In this document: piece by piece, positions 1-63,939 of the stretch
Layout: every line of letters begins with the position of its first letter
How positions within the stretch are numbered: position 1 is the first letter of the stretch
Assembly (NCBI RefSeq): GCF_009914755.1
Contig: NC_060944.1
Strand: one strand, 5' to 3'
Source of the DNA: the human T2T-CHM13v2.0 reference genome, Homo sapiens
DNA: 64,000 bases
Position numbers and translations under genes: made by a program
Notes under the pieces: model-generated
What the model saw: the letters and a program-made list of their open reading frames with translations, nothing else
Told to the model about the DNA's origin: nothing
The model's database searches: none

Positions 1-43
1 GTCCGAGTTTGGAGTACCTGGAAGAGAATAAACCTTCGGGTGA

Positions 44-698
<655 letters not shown>

Positions 699-746
699 GA
701 ATTTTTATTTTTAAATATTTTTAGCCTTGTTAAAAAAGAAGATCTG

Positions 747-1075
<329 letters not shown>

Positions 1076-1138
1076 TCAGGGCATTACATTTCTTCATATC
1101 TTTAAGTGTTAAATCAACTGTTTAGGTATAAAAAATAA

Positions 1139-1658
<520 letters not shown>

Positions 1659-1764
1659 TTTTTCCAGTCTTTTTCCACATCGCAGGTCACTGGGGTTGTG
1701 TGATTTGTTTTCGTTTTACATACACAGGACTCTCGCATTTCACCAAGTTATTTAATAATCCCTC

Positions 1765-2545
<781 letters not shown>

Positions 2546-3094
2546 AAATAATAACAACCACTTTAAGTGCTCACTTTGTGCAGGACTTTATTTTAAGCAT
2601 TTGAATACACACCGTGTATAATGATAATAATACTTTGCATTGTCTACTGATTGTCGCTCATATTACTTTTTCTTTTTTGTGTGTGCTGAAACCCAGGAAT
2701 GAACCATTATTTCTATTTTAATGTTTACCACAATGTGTTATTGCTGTCGTTTATACATCTGTCTCCTCCACTTACTAATTATTTTGTCTCAGGCAAATTA
2801 CTAACCTTTCAGTGCTTCTATTTCTGTTTTTATTTATAAAATGGAAATGATAATATAACCTTCTTGGAAAGATGAAACAAGACAATGCTTATAAAGCATT
2901 TAGCACAGCAACTGGACCATGGTAAGAGCTCAGTAACTGCTTGGTATTATTATCATTTCAATTTTTCAATCTTATAAAAAGAATATGGCAATAAACATTC
3001 CTGTACACAATTCTTTTCCACATCTGATTATTTCTTTAGGAAAAATTTCTAGGAAGGCAAGGAATATTATGTTCAGTCCTTCTGGGCTCTAAAT

Positions 3095-4240
<1,146 letters not shown>

Positions 4241-5308
4241 TTTAATATCACAAGGACGGATGAATTTTCAAGGTAAGCAGAAACTAAACCATTACCCATG
4301 AACCATCTCTCTGAAAACACCCAGAAATTAGCATTTCTGCCTGAACAGGCACCTGGTGCAGTTCCCTGATGAGGCTCCGGGTCCAGGCCCTGCCCGCCTT
4401 CCAACCCACAACCCCTACATCCCAAAGAGGAGACATCCAAGTCCTCTAAATTAGCCTCCAAATCTCAAATCTCATTTTTGGCTTCAATGATAAAATGCTA
4501 CCTAAACATCGTCCAAAAATGCTGCATAATATTCTATGGAGCAAGAATTAAATGCTCATAACTAATCCTTGTGGTTGCCTATTTAGAACTCTCTGACTTT
4601 TCTTTCTCATTAAGAACTTTGTAACTAACAAAGGCAATAGATAAAAAAAGTCTTTCCAATTTTCTCCTTCACAATCCATTCTTAGAGGAAGGAAGGAGCA
4701 GTGATTACTGTTAATGTGATAACTTTGCAGCAGGAAATGCAGGCCAGAGCCAGGACTCTCTTCTAGAGAACCTCCTGCCCCCATTTCAGCCTTAATGAGG
4801 GACCCTACTCCCTTCATTCACTTTAAAATGTCCCTGTGGAGGGCAACGAAAGTCCTCACTCCCTCTCCCCTCCCCCGCGCCTGCAAGTGAAAGGAGTTCA
4901 TTAAGAAGTAGTTTCTCAGGCAGGGAGGATTCCTGCTGGGAGTTTCACCAAGGGGCCAGGTTTTCCCTAGGAGAAAGGTCTAACCCTTCACACTCTGAAA
5001 TGCCAAAGGGCATTTTTTTTTTAATTAAACTTTTAATTTTGAGATCATTGTAGACTCACATACAGTTTTAAGAAATGATACAGAGACATTCCTTGTGGCC
5101 TTTACCCGGTTTCCCTCGATGCACAGATCCCACAGTGTCATCACCAGGATATTGACATTGATACAGTCAAGACGCAGAACATTTCCATGGCAGCAACGAT
5201 CTCCCATGTTGCCCAATGGCATTTTAACAGAAGGGACAAGTGCTAGATCCTCTAACAAAAACTAGAAGAAAATACTATGAACATTTTCAGGTTAAAAAAA
5301 AAAAACTG

Positions 5309-5665
<357 letters not shown>

Positions 5666-7805
5666 TCATGAAAGTCATTGACAAAGGAAGGCTGGAGAAT
5701 TGCTCTAGATTAAAATAAATAAAAAAGACAAGATAACAATGCAATGTGTAATTCTGGATGGAGGTAAACAATTGCTATAAAAGACATTGGCACAAAATAA
5801 ATGTACTTAACACTACTGAACTCTGCACTTAGAAATAGTTAAGATGGTTGCTCTTTCCTGTAGTCCCAGCTATCTGATAGGCTGAAGTAGGAGGATCCCT
5901 TGCGTCTATGAGTTCTAGGCCTGGGCAACATAGTGAGAACTTGTCCTCAAATAAATAAGAATAAATAGTTAAAATGGTAAATTTTATGTGCTTTTTTAAA
6001 ACCACAATTAAAAAAATACATTATTGTGACAATTGAAGTCTGAACACCCACTGTAGATTAGATAATAATATTGTATCAATGTTCAATTTCCTGAACTTGA
6101 TAAATGTAATTTGGTTATGGGAAAATGTCTTTGTTCTTAAGAAATGCATGCTCAAAGTACTCAAGGTAAAAGTGGATAAAATGGCTCAGGGAAAAAAATG
6201 AGCCAACACATGTGGTAATGTGGAGATCACTGATTAATTTCTAAATTGGCTCTGAGCATGCTGGAAGCCAGAGGGAGATAAGTCAATTTCACCTCTAGTT
6301 TTTCATCCTTACACAGGTAAATTAATGTAGATAAATTTCTCTTGTTGGACTTACAGGAGAGTTCCAATTCTCCAATTTTTATCTAGGACATGGTGATGAA
6401 TTTGTTTACCTGTTCAAAAATCTTCCTTCAAATGGCAGGATTTCTGGGGTAAAGTTTAAGCCTTTTTAAGATCCTCTGGCCTAAGCTCCAATGGATGTTT
6501 AAGCTGTCCCTCTAGAAATTTGCTTTTTAAAGAGCCCTTTGGCAGTTCCTACTTTGAGGGTGTGGGTGACAATGTCTCTACCTTTTGGGAATCTCACCCC
6601 TCATTTCAAATTCATGGTAGGAATCACTTTGCCTGAGAAAATGAGGCCTGGATCTCTATTGTCCGCTTTGTTTTTCTCTGCAGAACCATTATAAAGTGAA
6701 TGCCTGGCCTGCCCTGCTTTAGGCCAGCAATGCATATCACTGCTGGGTGCTGTGAACACAATCCGGGGTGTAATCTTGGGGGACTGACCTCTAGAACTTT
6801 CTTTTCTGGACTATTTTTATCATCTGAAAGATAGAGGAGTCGCTTCATTCATTCCAGTAGTAGGTATTTGTTGAGCACCTACTATATTCCAGGTCCTGTG
6901 TTGGGTGTCAGGGACACAGCAATGAATAAGATAGATGACTGCTCTGCCTCTACACTGCTCAAAATCTAATGAGGGAGGCACACCTTATATGAAGAGTCAC
7001 GGAAAGACATTGCAAAGGAGAAAAATGCTAGGAAGGAGAGTGGGGGGCTGTCAACAGGTGTAATGGGGGTAAACCTGTCCGGCGGAGGGAAGGTAAGCAG
7101 ATGGAGCAGTTAGCCTCTGTGGGGCCTTAGGAAAGGAGCAATTGAGGGGGAAGCCCTGGGGTCTTGGGCATGTCACCCCTACCTTCTCCCTCTACTCTGC
7201 AGGTCAGCATAACTTGGTAATCATTTCCTGGCCTGCAGCCAGGGTTATCAGCATGCTGTGTATATGGACGTCGTGAAGATTGGAGGCTGAGGGCCCTGAC
7301 CAGAGGAGATAAGAACAGGTTTGGACAAGAAGAATCCATCCCCTCTATGTTTATCTCAAAACGGTAGAGCAGGCTGAGTCTGGACCCAGAACAAATCCAG
7401 GAAGTAGAATCCAAGAAGCAGAGAGATGAATCAAGAATGACACTAAGGTTTTGGGCTTCATTCCATGCTACACTATCTGCCCCATTTGACAGTGAAGGAA
7501 GCAGACGCCCAGAGAAGGGAAGACACCTGTCTGAGGTCACACAGTGGGTTAATAGGAGAATGAGAACAGAACCTAGACCGCTGAACTTTTCCCCTTAACC
7601 ATCTTACCCTCCTCAGAAGTCAAGCCTGAGCTTCCAAAAATGAAGGAACTCAGGTCCAGGGAAACTTTCTGTTTTGTCTGAGGGTGAGGGATGAGATAAT
7701 GATGAGTCAGGGCTTCAGGGAAATGAACATTTACTGATTACCTAATGTGGGGGTAGATGTGGTCCCTGCTCTCAGAAAGCTCAAAGTGTGAATGAATTAA
7801 AGTCA

Positions 7806-8154
<349 letters not shown>

Positions 8155-8514
8155 TCATTTCATGAACAACATCAAATTTGGAGGGGGCCATGGGGTATTC
8201 TCCAAGGGGCAAAAACAGGTGATGTCCAACAGAGTGAGGCATGGCATCTCTTTCAAGGGCCAGGATGGAGAAAGAAATCAGTGGATTCAGCTCTGGACCC
8301 CAAGTCAAAAGCCAGAAAGACAAATCACAGATTTTGATTTGCAGTTAAGCCTTTTCTCACGAGGGCCACTGTACGGCATCCAATAATAATAACTGCTACT
8401 ATTATGATAAATAACAAGCATTCATTCATTTGATGTCTTGTCTGGAGAAACGGGATAAAACATTATCCACAGACATAGAGACTGTTGCAGAATGAAGGGA
8501 GGGCTTTCCTGTTT

Positions 8515-15420
<6,906 letters not shown>

Positions 15421-15876
15421 ATGTGCCCCAGATGGTGGAGACAAGCTACAGGCCCTCTCCAGAGAGACCCCCTTCTTCCTGCACCAATGGACTGGACACC
15501 AATTTGTATGTTTGTGCCAGAAAGCCAAGGAGTCCTGCTGTTCATTCACAAGAGGCCCTGCTGGGCGCCAGGCAGGGCGCTGAGCTGAGCCCATTTCTCT
15601 CTGGTATCTCCCTAGCCTCTCCCCAAGCTCTTAGGTAGAATAAGATCCAGTAAGTATAGACACTTTTGCGGTATCCAAAGAATTAACCCTTCACTCATTT
15701 ACTCACCTGGTAAGAGATACAGGGAGAAAGCTGTGGAGTAACTCAGGGAGCTGGAGCCCATAAGGCAGGAAACCCATGCCCATTCATTCAACAAACTTGT
15801 ATTGAGCTCCTTTTTGATGCATCCCCCATCCACTATAAGCACTTGGAGACCCACACAGATGTGGTTTCTGCTCCCA

Positions 15877-15878
<2 letters not shown>

Positions 15879-15928
<50 letters not shown>
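15879..15928 (+). repeat. (GT)25 microsatellite
   Basis: Perfect 50-nt GT run within L2-like sequence. Confidence 0.97.
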
Positions 15929-15930
<2 letters not shown>

Positions 15931-16649
15931 GGGAATGTAAACAGGAAAACAGATATGCAAAACAATTTCAGATCGCGGTAAGTGCTAGGAACAGAATGAA
16001 ATAGGATAGGAGTGATGGACAGGGGAGACTTCAGGTGGAGTCATCGGGAAAAGCCTCTCCATAAAGTGACCTTCTGGGAGAAAACCGAGGGGTAAGAATC
16101 TGGTCCTGCAAAGATCTGGGCAAGAAATGTCCAGGTGTAGGGAACAGCGAGGTCAAAGTCACCATCACAAGGAAACGCTTGGTGTATTGAGGAGCAGCAG
16201 AGAAGTTGGAGTGAAGGCAGAGAGGGGTTAAGGTAGTATATACCTTGAAAGGGGAGGCTCCTATAGGGGCTTACAGGCGATATAAATCATTCATTCATTC
16301 AACACATATTTATTGAGCATCTACTGAGATCCTGTCCTTAGTTTACTGCGTGGAGACAGACCACAAGCAGGTAAACAAGCAAATATGTAAGTCCCAGGTC
16401 AGATAAATTTTAGGAAGTGCTGTTTTCCAGTGGTTCAATGGTCATCCCAGGGCAGAGGTGGGGAGACCTGCTGAGGGCGGCTTCTCCCTCAGTCAGTCCA
16501 TGCCTGCAGGGTCTGGAACCCAGGTAGCCAGAGACCCGCTGGTCTTCTTTCCCCTCCCCTGCCCTCCCCTCCCTTCAAGATGGCTGACAAAGGCCGGGCT
16601 GGGTGGAAGGAAGGGAGGAAGGGCGAGGCAGAGGGTCCAAAGCAGGATG

Positions 16650-18330
16650 ACAGGCAGGGGCACCGCGGCGCCCCGGTGGCACTGCGGCTGGAGGTGGGGG
16701 TTAAAGCGGAGACTCTGGTGCTGTGTGACTACAGTGGGGGCCCTGCCCTCTCTGAGCCCCCGCCTCCAGGCCTGTGTGTGTGTCTCCGTTCGGGTTGAAA
16801 GGAGCCCGGGAAAAAGGCCCCAGAAGGAGCCTGGTTTTGGACGTCTGACCCCACCCCTCCCGCTTAGGGCTTCTGATCCCCCAGGGTGATTTCACTGGCC
16901 CGGGGTTGGGAGGGCAGGGGGCCAGGGGGCGGAGCCCGCGGAGAGGGGCGGAGGGGAGGCTCCGAGCGATTTCAAATTTCCCTCGTCCCCGCCCCCCCGT
17001 TCCCCCCGCGCCCGGGCGGGGATCTGAGTGGCTGCGGCGGGGGCACCCCCGGGCGGGGGCGGGGCAAGAGCCGGGCCGGGGCTACAAGGGGAGTCGGCAC
17101 CGCCCCCTCCCCACCCACTCCCGCTGCCCCGTCCGGCCCGCGCCGCTTCCTCGCAGCAGCTGCTCCCGGCTCCGCGGCCGCAGCCCGCGTGGACGCTCCG
17201 AGCGCCCCCCGACGGACGGGACCGGCTCCCTGGCGGTCGGGCGAGCGGGCGGCAACGCTGCCCGGCCGGCAGCGCTGGGGTTAAGTGGCCCAAGTAAACC
17301 TAGCTCGGCGATCGGCGCCGGAGATTCGCGAGCCCAGCGCCCTGCACGGCCGCCAGCCGGCCTCCCGCCAGCCAGCCCCGACCCGCGGCTCCGCCGCCCA
17401 GCCGCGCCCCAGCCAGCCCTGCGGCAGGTGAGCGCCCCGGGGCCCCGGGGAGGCTCGGCCGCCAGCTGCTTCGAGGGCTGCTAGGGGAGGGGACGGCGGG
17501 GGCTCCCGAAGCTGCCGGGGAGAGACCCTCTCCAGGGACCTCCCGAGGAGGGGCTCTCGCCGGGTTGGAGACCCGGCTGGGTTTGGGGGGTGAGGAAACG
17601 TCCACGGACCCTGCTTGGGGTGGAACGGGGACAGCGGGTGGGACGCGGGGGACATACGTCTGACGGGGACCGGAGATACTAGAGGAAGGGACGCGTCTGC
17701 TGCCTCCAGGAGCCCGAAGAGGAGAGAAGCTTGCTCGCAGGGAGGGGGACGCGCTGGCTTCCCGGGGTCCAGACTCGAGGAGGAGGAGGTGCCCGTCGAG
17801 AGCATGAACAGGGGCTTTGCTCATGGGCAGGGGGTGTAATTACCTGGCCTCTGCCTTGGGAAAAGTTAAGGGGCAGAGGAGGTGAGGAGGGGTTTCTGCC
17901 ATGCAGGTGGGCGTCCGCCCCTTGCAACTGGGATGTGGGGTCTTCAGGCGAGGCGCTGTCCCTTCCCCCAATCCCAGCTTTAGGAAAGAGCTCGTGAGTG
18001 TGGGCTTAGACTCGCGCGGGCTGGGGTGTGCGCCGTGGAGGGCGTGAGGCAGAGGGCGACCTCCCGGGGTGCTCCTGAGCTGAGCCATCAAGCGCGGGGA
18101 GCAGCGGGGCTGCCCTCTGCCTGTGCACACCTGGCCCGGGAGGAGCCGGCCGGAGGGGCGGCGCCTCCCTGTCCCGGCCACGCCGCCTACCCTGGGGTCT
18201 TACCTTCCATTCTTAGCCTAACTCCCGTGTGCGGCTGGCCCCACTTCCCAGACTCGCACACTAAGGCCTCAAAACCTCTAGCACCAGCTCCTGGAAGATA
18301 AGCTTCCCGGCTCGTGGTTGCATGGGGAGG
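16650..18330. promoter_or_regulatory. DNMT3B: CpG island / main TATA-less promoter of DNMT3B
   Basis: Very GC- and CpG-dense, with multiple GGGCGG GC boxes at 16926-17062 surrounding exon 1. Boundaries estimated by eye. Confidence 0.92.
17113..17427 (+). other. DNMT3B: Exon 1 (non-coding 5'UTR)
   Basis: Ends at donor GCAG|GTGAGC (17427/17428) and contains no ATG. The start is approximate, taken from the recalled mRNA 5' end. Confidence 0.88.
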
Positions 18331-20018
18331 GTGTATTGAGCTCCACTTTATCGGGGAGAAAGTGGAAGCGGAGAAAGACCTAACAAGTTGTAAGACTGCG
18401 CTGCCCTTGGGCCCAGGCTTCCCGCTGGAGGATCTCACCTGTGGATGGAGTTCCGAGCCCAGGTCTTGCCCGCGCCTCCAGCTTTCCCTGCTCCCTTTTC
18501 CTCCCCTGGTCTAGGAGAGAGGCTCGCTGGGCCTCCGTGTTTCCTCCCTCCCCCGAAGCTGGGAAGTGTTTGAATTAAAGGGAATTAAGGGCAGAGTATG
18601 AACTTTGAGTTGCCTCCTGAGTTCTGGATGCGGTGGGTTGTGGCAGACGGGTGGCAGTTTTTGGGAAACAGCTGTTATCTCCTCTACCAGGCCTGCTGGG
18701 GCTTCTTGTTCACCCACCTTGGAAACGCCAGGTGCGGACTTGATTTTTCCAGAGTTGAGATGATGGTACTTAGTTTATAGGGTTGGTATACAGTAAGCAC
18801 TCAATACATGTTTGCCATTGTTGGAATCACTAGCTAGCACACGGGCTAAGCAAGCTTCCTTCCTTAAGGAAGCATAGTTCTTAGTTCATCATGTGTTTAA
18901 ACCCTGTCTCGCCAAGTTCATTGCTCTCCGTGCCTTAATTATTACATCTGTGAATTAGCAATAGTCCTACTAATAGGGTTGTGTAAGGATGAAACCAGTC
19001 TTATGCGTGAATTAACCTCTTCAGCCCTTGATCTTCCTCAGATGTTTAGGCATAATAGCCTCTACCACATTGGGCCTGGGTAAAGAGGCAGTGGGATAGT
19101 GCCTGTGTAGGGTCAGCACATGGTGAGTGTTGATGTCTGTACTTAATAACGAATAGCCCCTCATTTTAGGGTGGCCATTCCTGAGATTTGGGGATGGAGG
19201 GAGGCACCCCTGCCAGCCTCTCCTTTTCCTGCCTTCACGAAGGCAGCTCTGAAAGCTTTTCTCAATCATTGTCCACGATTAGGGAGTTGGCAGGAAGAAC
19301 CGCCTTTGTTCCCTTTCGAACGGAGTCTTGGTTTTGTTTTATAAGGGTTGGGGCCGTTTTTAAAGCCCTCCCGGCCACGCATGGGGGCCTACTGCAAAGG
19401 TGTAATTGCAGAACTAAGTGAGATCCTTTACCTTTTCCCATTGGGGTGGAGAGTGCTGAGACAAAGGGACAAGGACTGGGGCCAGTGGCATCCTGCTCTT
19501 AAAGTCGTAGACATAACCCCCACCCCTTGCAAAGGATGGGGGGAGGGGAAGACGGTAGCTGGGAGCTGCAGGGGTCTAAGGGAGGAGCAAGGGAGGTGGG
19601 GTTGAGAGGCTGCTTCCTTCCCTTCCTCCAGCCACGTGGGGCCTGTGATCCAGAGGCGCCTGTCGCCCCTCATTATTGCAGCCCCATGGACCTGCTGCCA
19701 GTGGGGGCTTGGGCAAGTTCTTCAAGGAAAACTTACCTTGGGATTCCTTTTCCTAGACCAGCTCTTATGCCGGCTGCCTCACCTCCAGGCTCAGACGCCT
19801 TTTCCAGTTTCAGCTAAATGTGAAACTTTTCAGAGGTATGAGGTTGTGCGCTCTTCCTCACACACCAGTCCTTAGCCCAGGCACATACTACTAATTGAGT
19901 GGAGTTTTTTCTTTTAAATCATGAATTTTCAGGATGATTTCCAGTTTCACGGAGGACCAGGGCTGGTGAAGTATGGAATTCATTTCATGTGCAGGCCACT
20001 CTTGTAAAAAGAGACTGA

Positions 20019-29895
<9,877 letters not shown>

Positions 29896-30619
29896 TAGAT
29901 TTCTCTAACATAGGCTGTGGAGGTGGAATTTTTATTTATTTTTTCTTTAAATCAATACTCTCCACTGAATGTAGGATTTTAGTTTTTAATTTTTTACTGC
30001 ACCCCAGGGGTTGGGGCAGATACCAAAGTGACCCCCCTTCCTGCATTGTGAGGTTTAATTAATGCAATTAACATTTACGAAGTGCTCTGAAACAGCTCTG
30101 CTGCTGGTATCAGCCTGGAGGAAATGAGTGACATCAGTTCTCAGCATTACTGCTGGGTTGGGGCGAGTCCCTGAGCCTCCTCTGAGTCTAATTGGGGGTT
30201 GCCACCTACCCCTCTGTCTGCCACATTGCATTTGAGTACATCTGACCTGGTTCAGTCGGGGCACAGGCACCCTGCTGCACTAATGAGGAAGGCCCCTCGG
30301 GGAGAAGCTTGTGGGTGGGCCCACCCAGCACTGCTGCCCACTCTGAATCACACGCTGGACCCCAGCCTCTGGGAAAGGGTCAGAGTTCACCTCTCATCAC
30401 AAGGTTAGGCAGCCACCTCCTGTGAAGGGAAACGCTCAGCTGGTATATCATGTCCCAGCCACGAAGCTCCCTTCATCCCTGGGATGGGTGATGCATTCAT
30501 TGTTCATAACTTCTGTAATTCTTGTCTGTCTTGTCTCAGTTACGGCAATTCCAGGCACGTGCCCTGGATTGCCTGGGCATGAGATTTGGCACTGCCACTT
30601 CTCTGGGTGACTTAACTCA

Positions 30620-33710
<3,091 letters not shown>

Positions 33711-34759
33711 CAGATAGAAGATAAACTGCGAGGCTAGCACGGGTTGTCTGGCAGGGGCTGGTATGTCTCCACGATGGAGCCCGAGGCAGGGAGGCCCGGT
33801 GCATATGGCAGCAGCTTATTGGGGAAGCTTTTCCCAGGCACGGTTCCAGGACACAAGGGTGTGGTGTGAGTGACCTGGAGCTGTTTGTGGTTCAGGGATG
33901 GGGGCCTGGAGGTCTCATTATGCCTAGGCTTTTATAATATTTTTGCCAACCAAAGGTGGAACAAAAAGCAAAGGCAAGTGACTTGGAAAACTCGGTTTCA
34001 GCTGGGATTTATGCCCTGAAGTTTTTTACTCGTTCTCTATCTAATCCTGGCCCTACCTCTTAGATGGGCTATATGACCTTGGAGAATAACCTAGTCTGGA
34101 TGTCAGTTTTCTTTTTCTAGAAGGTGAGCTCCCCAGTCTCCCTAGGGGGAGATACAGGTTGTTGCATCCAACAAAATCTGTGTGCCCATAATGTTGCAGG
34201 CAATGGGCCAGCCCAGAGGTTATAGCCTGCCAACCCATCCGTATGGCCCTGGCCCTGTGTGTTAGCTGATTTACCTGACCAGGAGGGGCAGCAGTGGGGA
34301 GGCCAAGTCCCAGAGGTGAGGGTGAGGCTACAATGGATCTGGGGAGTCCCCCTCCTGGTAACTGCCCCCAGGCTTTCTGCCTGTGCCTCCATCCTTCCCT
34401 CCTTGGGAACTTGGGACTCTGAGCCCCAGCTGGTGAGGGAGGAGGGGAGTGAGCGACAGGCCAGCAGACCAATGGGCCCTGGAGGATGGGGTGAGGCGGG
34501 GCTTGTGCTGCCATGGAGAGGAGAGAAGCGGTTCTGTGGGGGAGGAGGGGGTGGGTGGGAAGAGGACCTGGAGATTGAGGGGAAGGGAGAGAGCAAACAA
34601 AGGGGTCAGGAGGGAAAATAATGCACTGGCTTCCTGAGCCCCTGCAGAGGCTGAGCAGGGAGAGGGGGCCAGGGCCAGAGGGGACAGAGGCTGGCGGCAG
34701 ACGGGCCGGGACAGGCAGGTCCTAAATGGCATTGTTTGAAGGGGCCGGCTAATTGCACA

Positions 34760-34875
34760 GAGCAGTCTGAGCCTGAGACCCCAGCCCTGGCCTCCCCACT
34801 CTGTCCTGGGTGCTGGCGTCTGAGCCTTCGGGACAGCCTGTCCACATGGAACCAAGTCCTGAGCCTCCAAGCTTG
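34760..34875 (+). CDS. DNMT3B: Alternative first exon; coding part 34846-34875 (MEPSPEPPSL) extends the N-terminus
   Basis: ATG at 34846, 10 codons, donor TTG|GTGAGG. Splicing to 35048 gives in-frame ...[11 protein letters not shown]. The 5' end is approximate. Confidence 0.82.
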
Positions 34876-34936
34876 GTGAGGGGGAGGCTATGGGGGGCAG
34901 CCTGGGTGGGGTACTTGGGCAAGAGCATCACCCTAA

Positions 34937-62630
<27,694 letters not shown>

Positions 62631-63831
62631 TTCCAGCCAGGCCCCAAGCCCACTGGGGTGTGTGGCAGAGCCAGGACCCAGGAGGTGTGATTCCTGAAGG
62701 CATCCCCAGGCCCTGCTCTTCCTCAGCTGTGTGGGTCATACCGTGTACCTCAGTTCCCTCTTGCTCAGTGGGGGCAGAGCCACCTGACTCTTGCAGGGGT
62801 AGCCTGAGGTGCCGCCTCCTTGTGCACAAATCAGACCTGGCTGCTTGGAGCAGCCTAACACGGTGCTCATTTTTTCTTCTCCTAAAACTTTAAAACTTGA
62901 AGTAGGTAGCAACGTGGCTTTTTTTTTTTCCCTTCCTGGGTCTACCACTCAGAGAAACAATGGCTAAGATACCAAAACCACAGTGCCGACAGCTCTCCAA
63001 TACTCAGGTTAATGCTGAAAAATCATCCAAGACAGTTATTGCAAGAGTTTAATTTTTGAAAACTGGCTACTGCTCTGTGTTTACAGACGTGTGCAGTTGT
63101 AGGCATGTAGCTACAGGACATTTTTAAGGGCCCAGGATCGTTTTTTCCCAGGGCAAGCAGAAGAGAAAATGTTGTATATGTCTTTTACCCGGCACATTCC
63201 CCTTGCCTAAATACAAGGGCTGGAGTCTGCACGGGACCTATTAGAGTATTTTCCACAATGATGATGATTTCAGCAGGGATGACGTCATCATCACATTCAG
63301 GGCTATTTTTTCCCCCACAAACCCAAGGGCAGGGGCCACTCTTAGCTAAATCCCTCCCCGTGACTGCAATAGAACCCTCTGGGGAGCTCAGGAAGGGGTG
63401 TGCTGAGTTCTATAATATAAGCTGCCATATATTTTGTAGACAAGTATGGCTCCTCCGTATCTCCCTCTTCCCTAGGAGAGGAGTGTGAAGCAAGGAGCTT
63501 AGATAAGACACCCCCTCAAACCCATTCCCTCTCCAGGAGACCTACCCTCCACAGGCACAGGTCCCCAGATGAGAAGTCTGCTACCCTCATTTCTCATCTT
63601 TTTACTAAACTCAGAGGCAGTGACAGCAGTCAGGGACAGACATACATTTCTCATACCTTCCCCACATCTGAGAGATGACAGGGAAAACTGCAAAGCTCGG
63701 TGCTCCCTTTGGAGATTTTTTAATCCTTTTTTATTCCATAAGAAGTCGTTTTTAGGGAGAACGGGAATTCAGACAAGCTGCATTTCAGAAATGCTGTCAT
63801 AATGGTTTTTAACACCTTTTACTCTTCTTAC

Positions 63832-63839
63832 TGGTGCTA
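63832..63839 (+). promoter_or_regulatory. miR-29 8mer site (TGGTGCTA)
   Basis: Exact complement of the miR-29 seed plus A1. DNMT3B is an established miR-29 target. Confidence 0.8.
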
Positions 63840-63933
63840 TTTTGTAGAATAAGGAACAACGTTGACAAGTTTTGTGGGGCTTTTTATACACTTTTTAAAA
63901 TCTCAAACTTCTATTTTTATGTTTAACGTTTTC

Positions 63934-63939
63934 ATTAAA
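63934..63939 (+). terminator. Candidate poly(A) signal ATTAAA
   Basis: ATTAAA in a U-rich context. A further site may lie beyond the window. Confidence 0.55.

Noticed and set aside
15699-15965. ORF with an HTHTHT repeat
   Set aside because: It is the translation of the (GT)25 microsatellite.
16458-18514. Overlapping long ORFs on both strands (up to 192 aa)
   Set aside because: Stop codons are scarce in a GC-rich CpG island. The ORFs are low-complexity, mostly have non-ATG starts, and show no recognisable domain.
63258-63410. Possible C/D snoRNA (ATGATGA ... CTGA)
   Set aside because: It lies in a terminal exon, I see no terminal stem or D'/C' boxes, and ATGATGA is part of an (ATG)n run.
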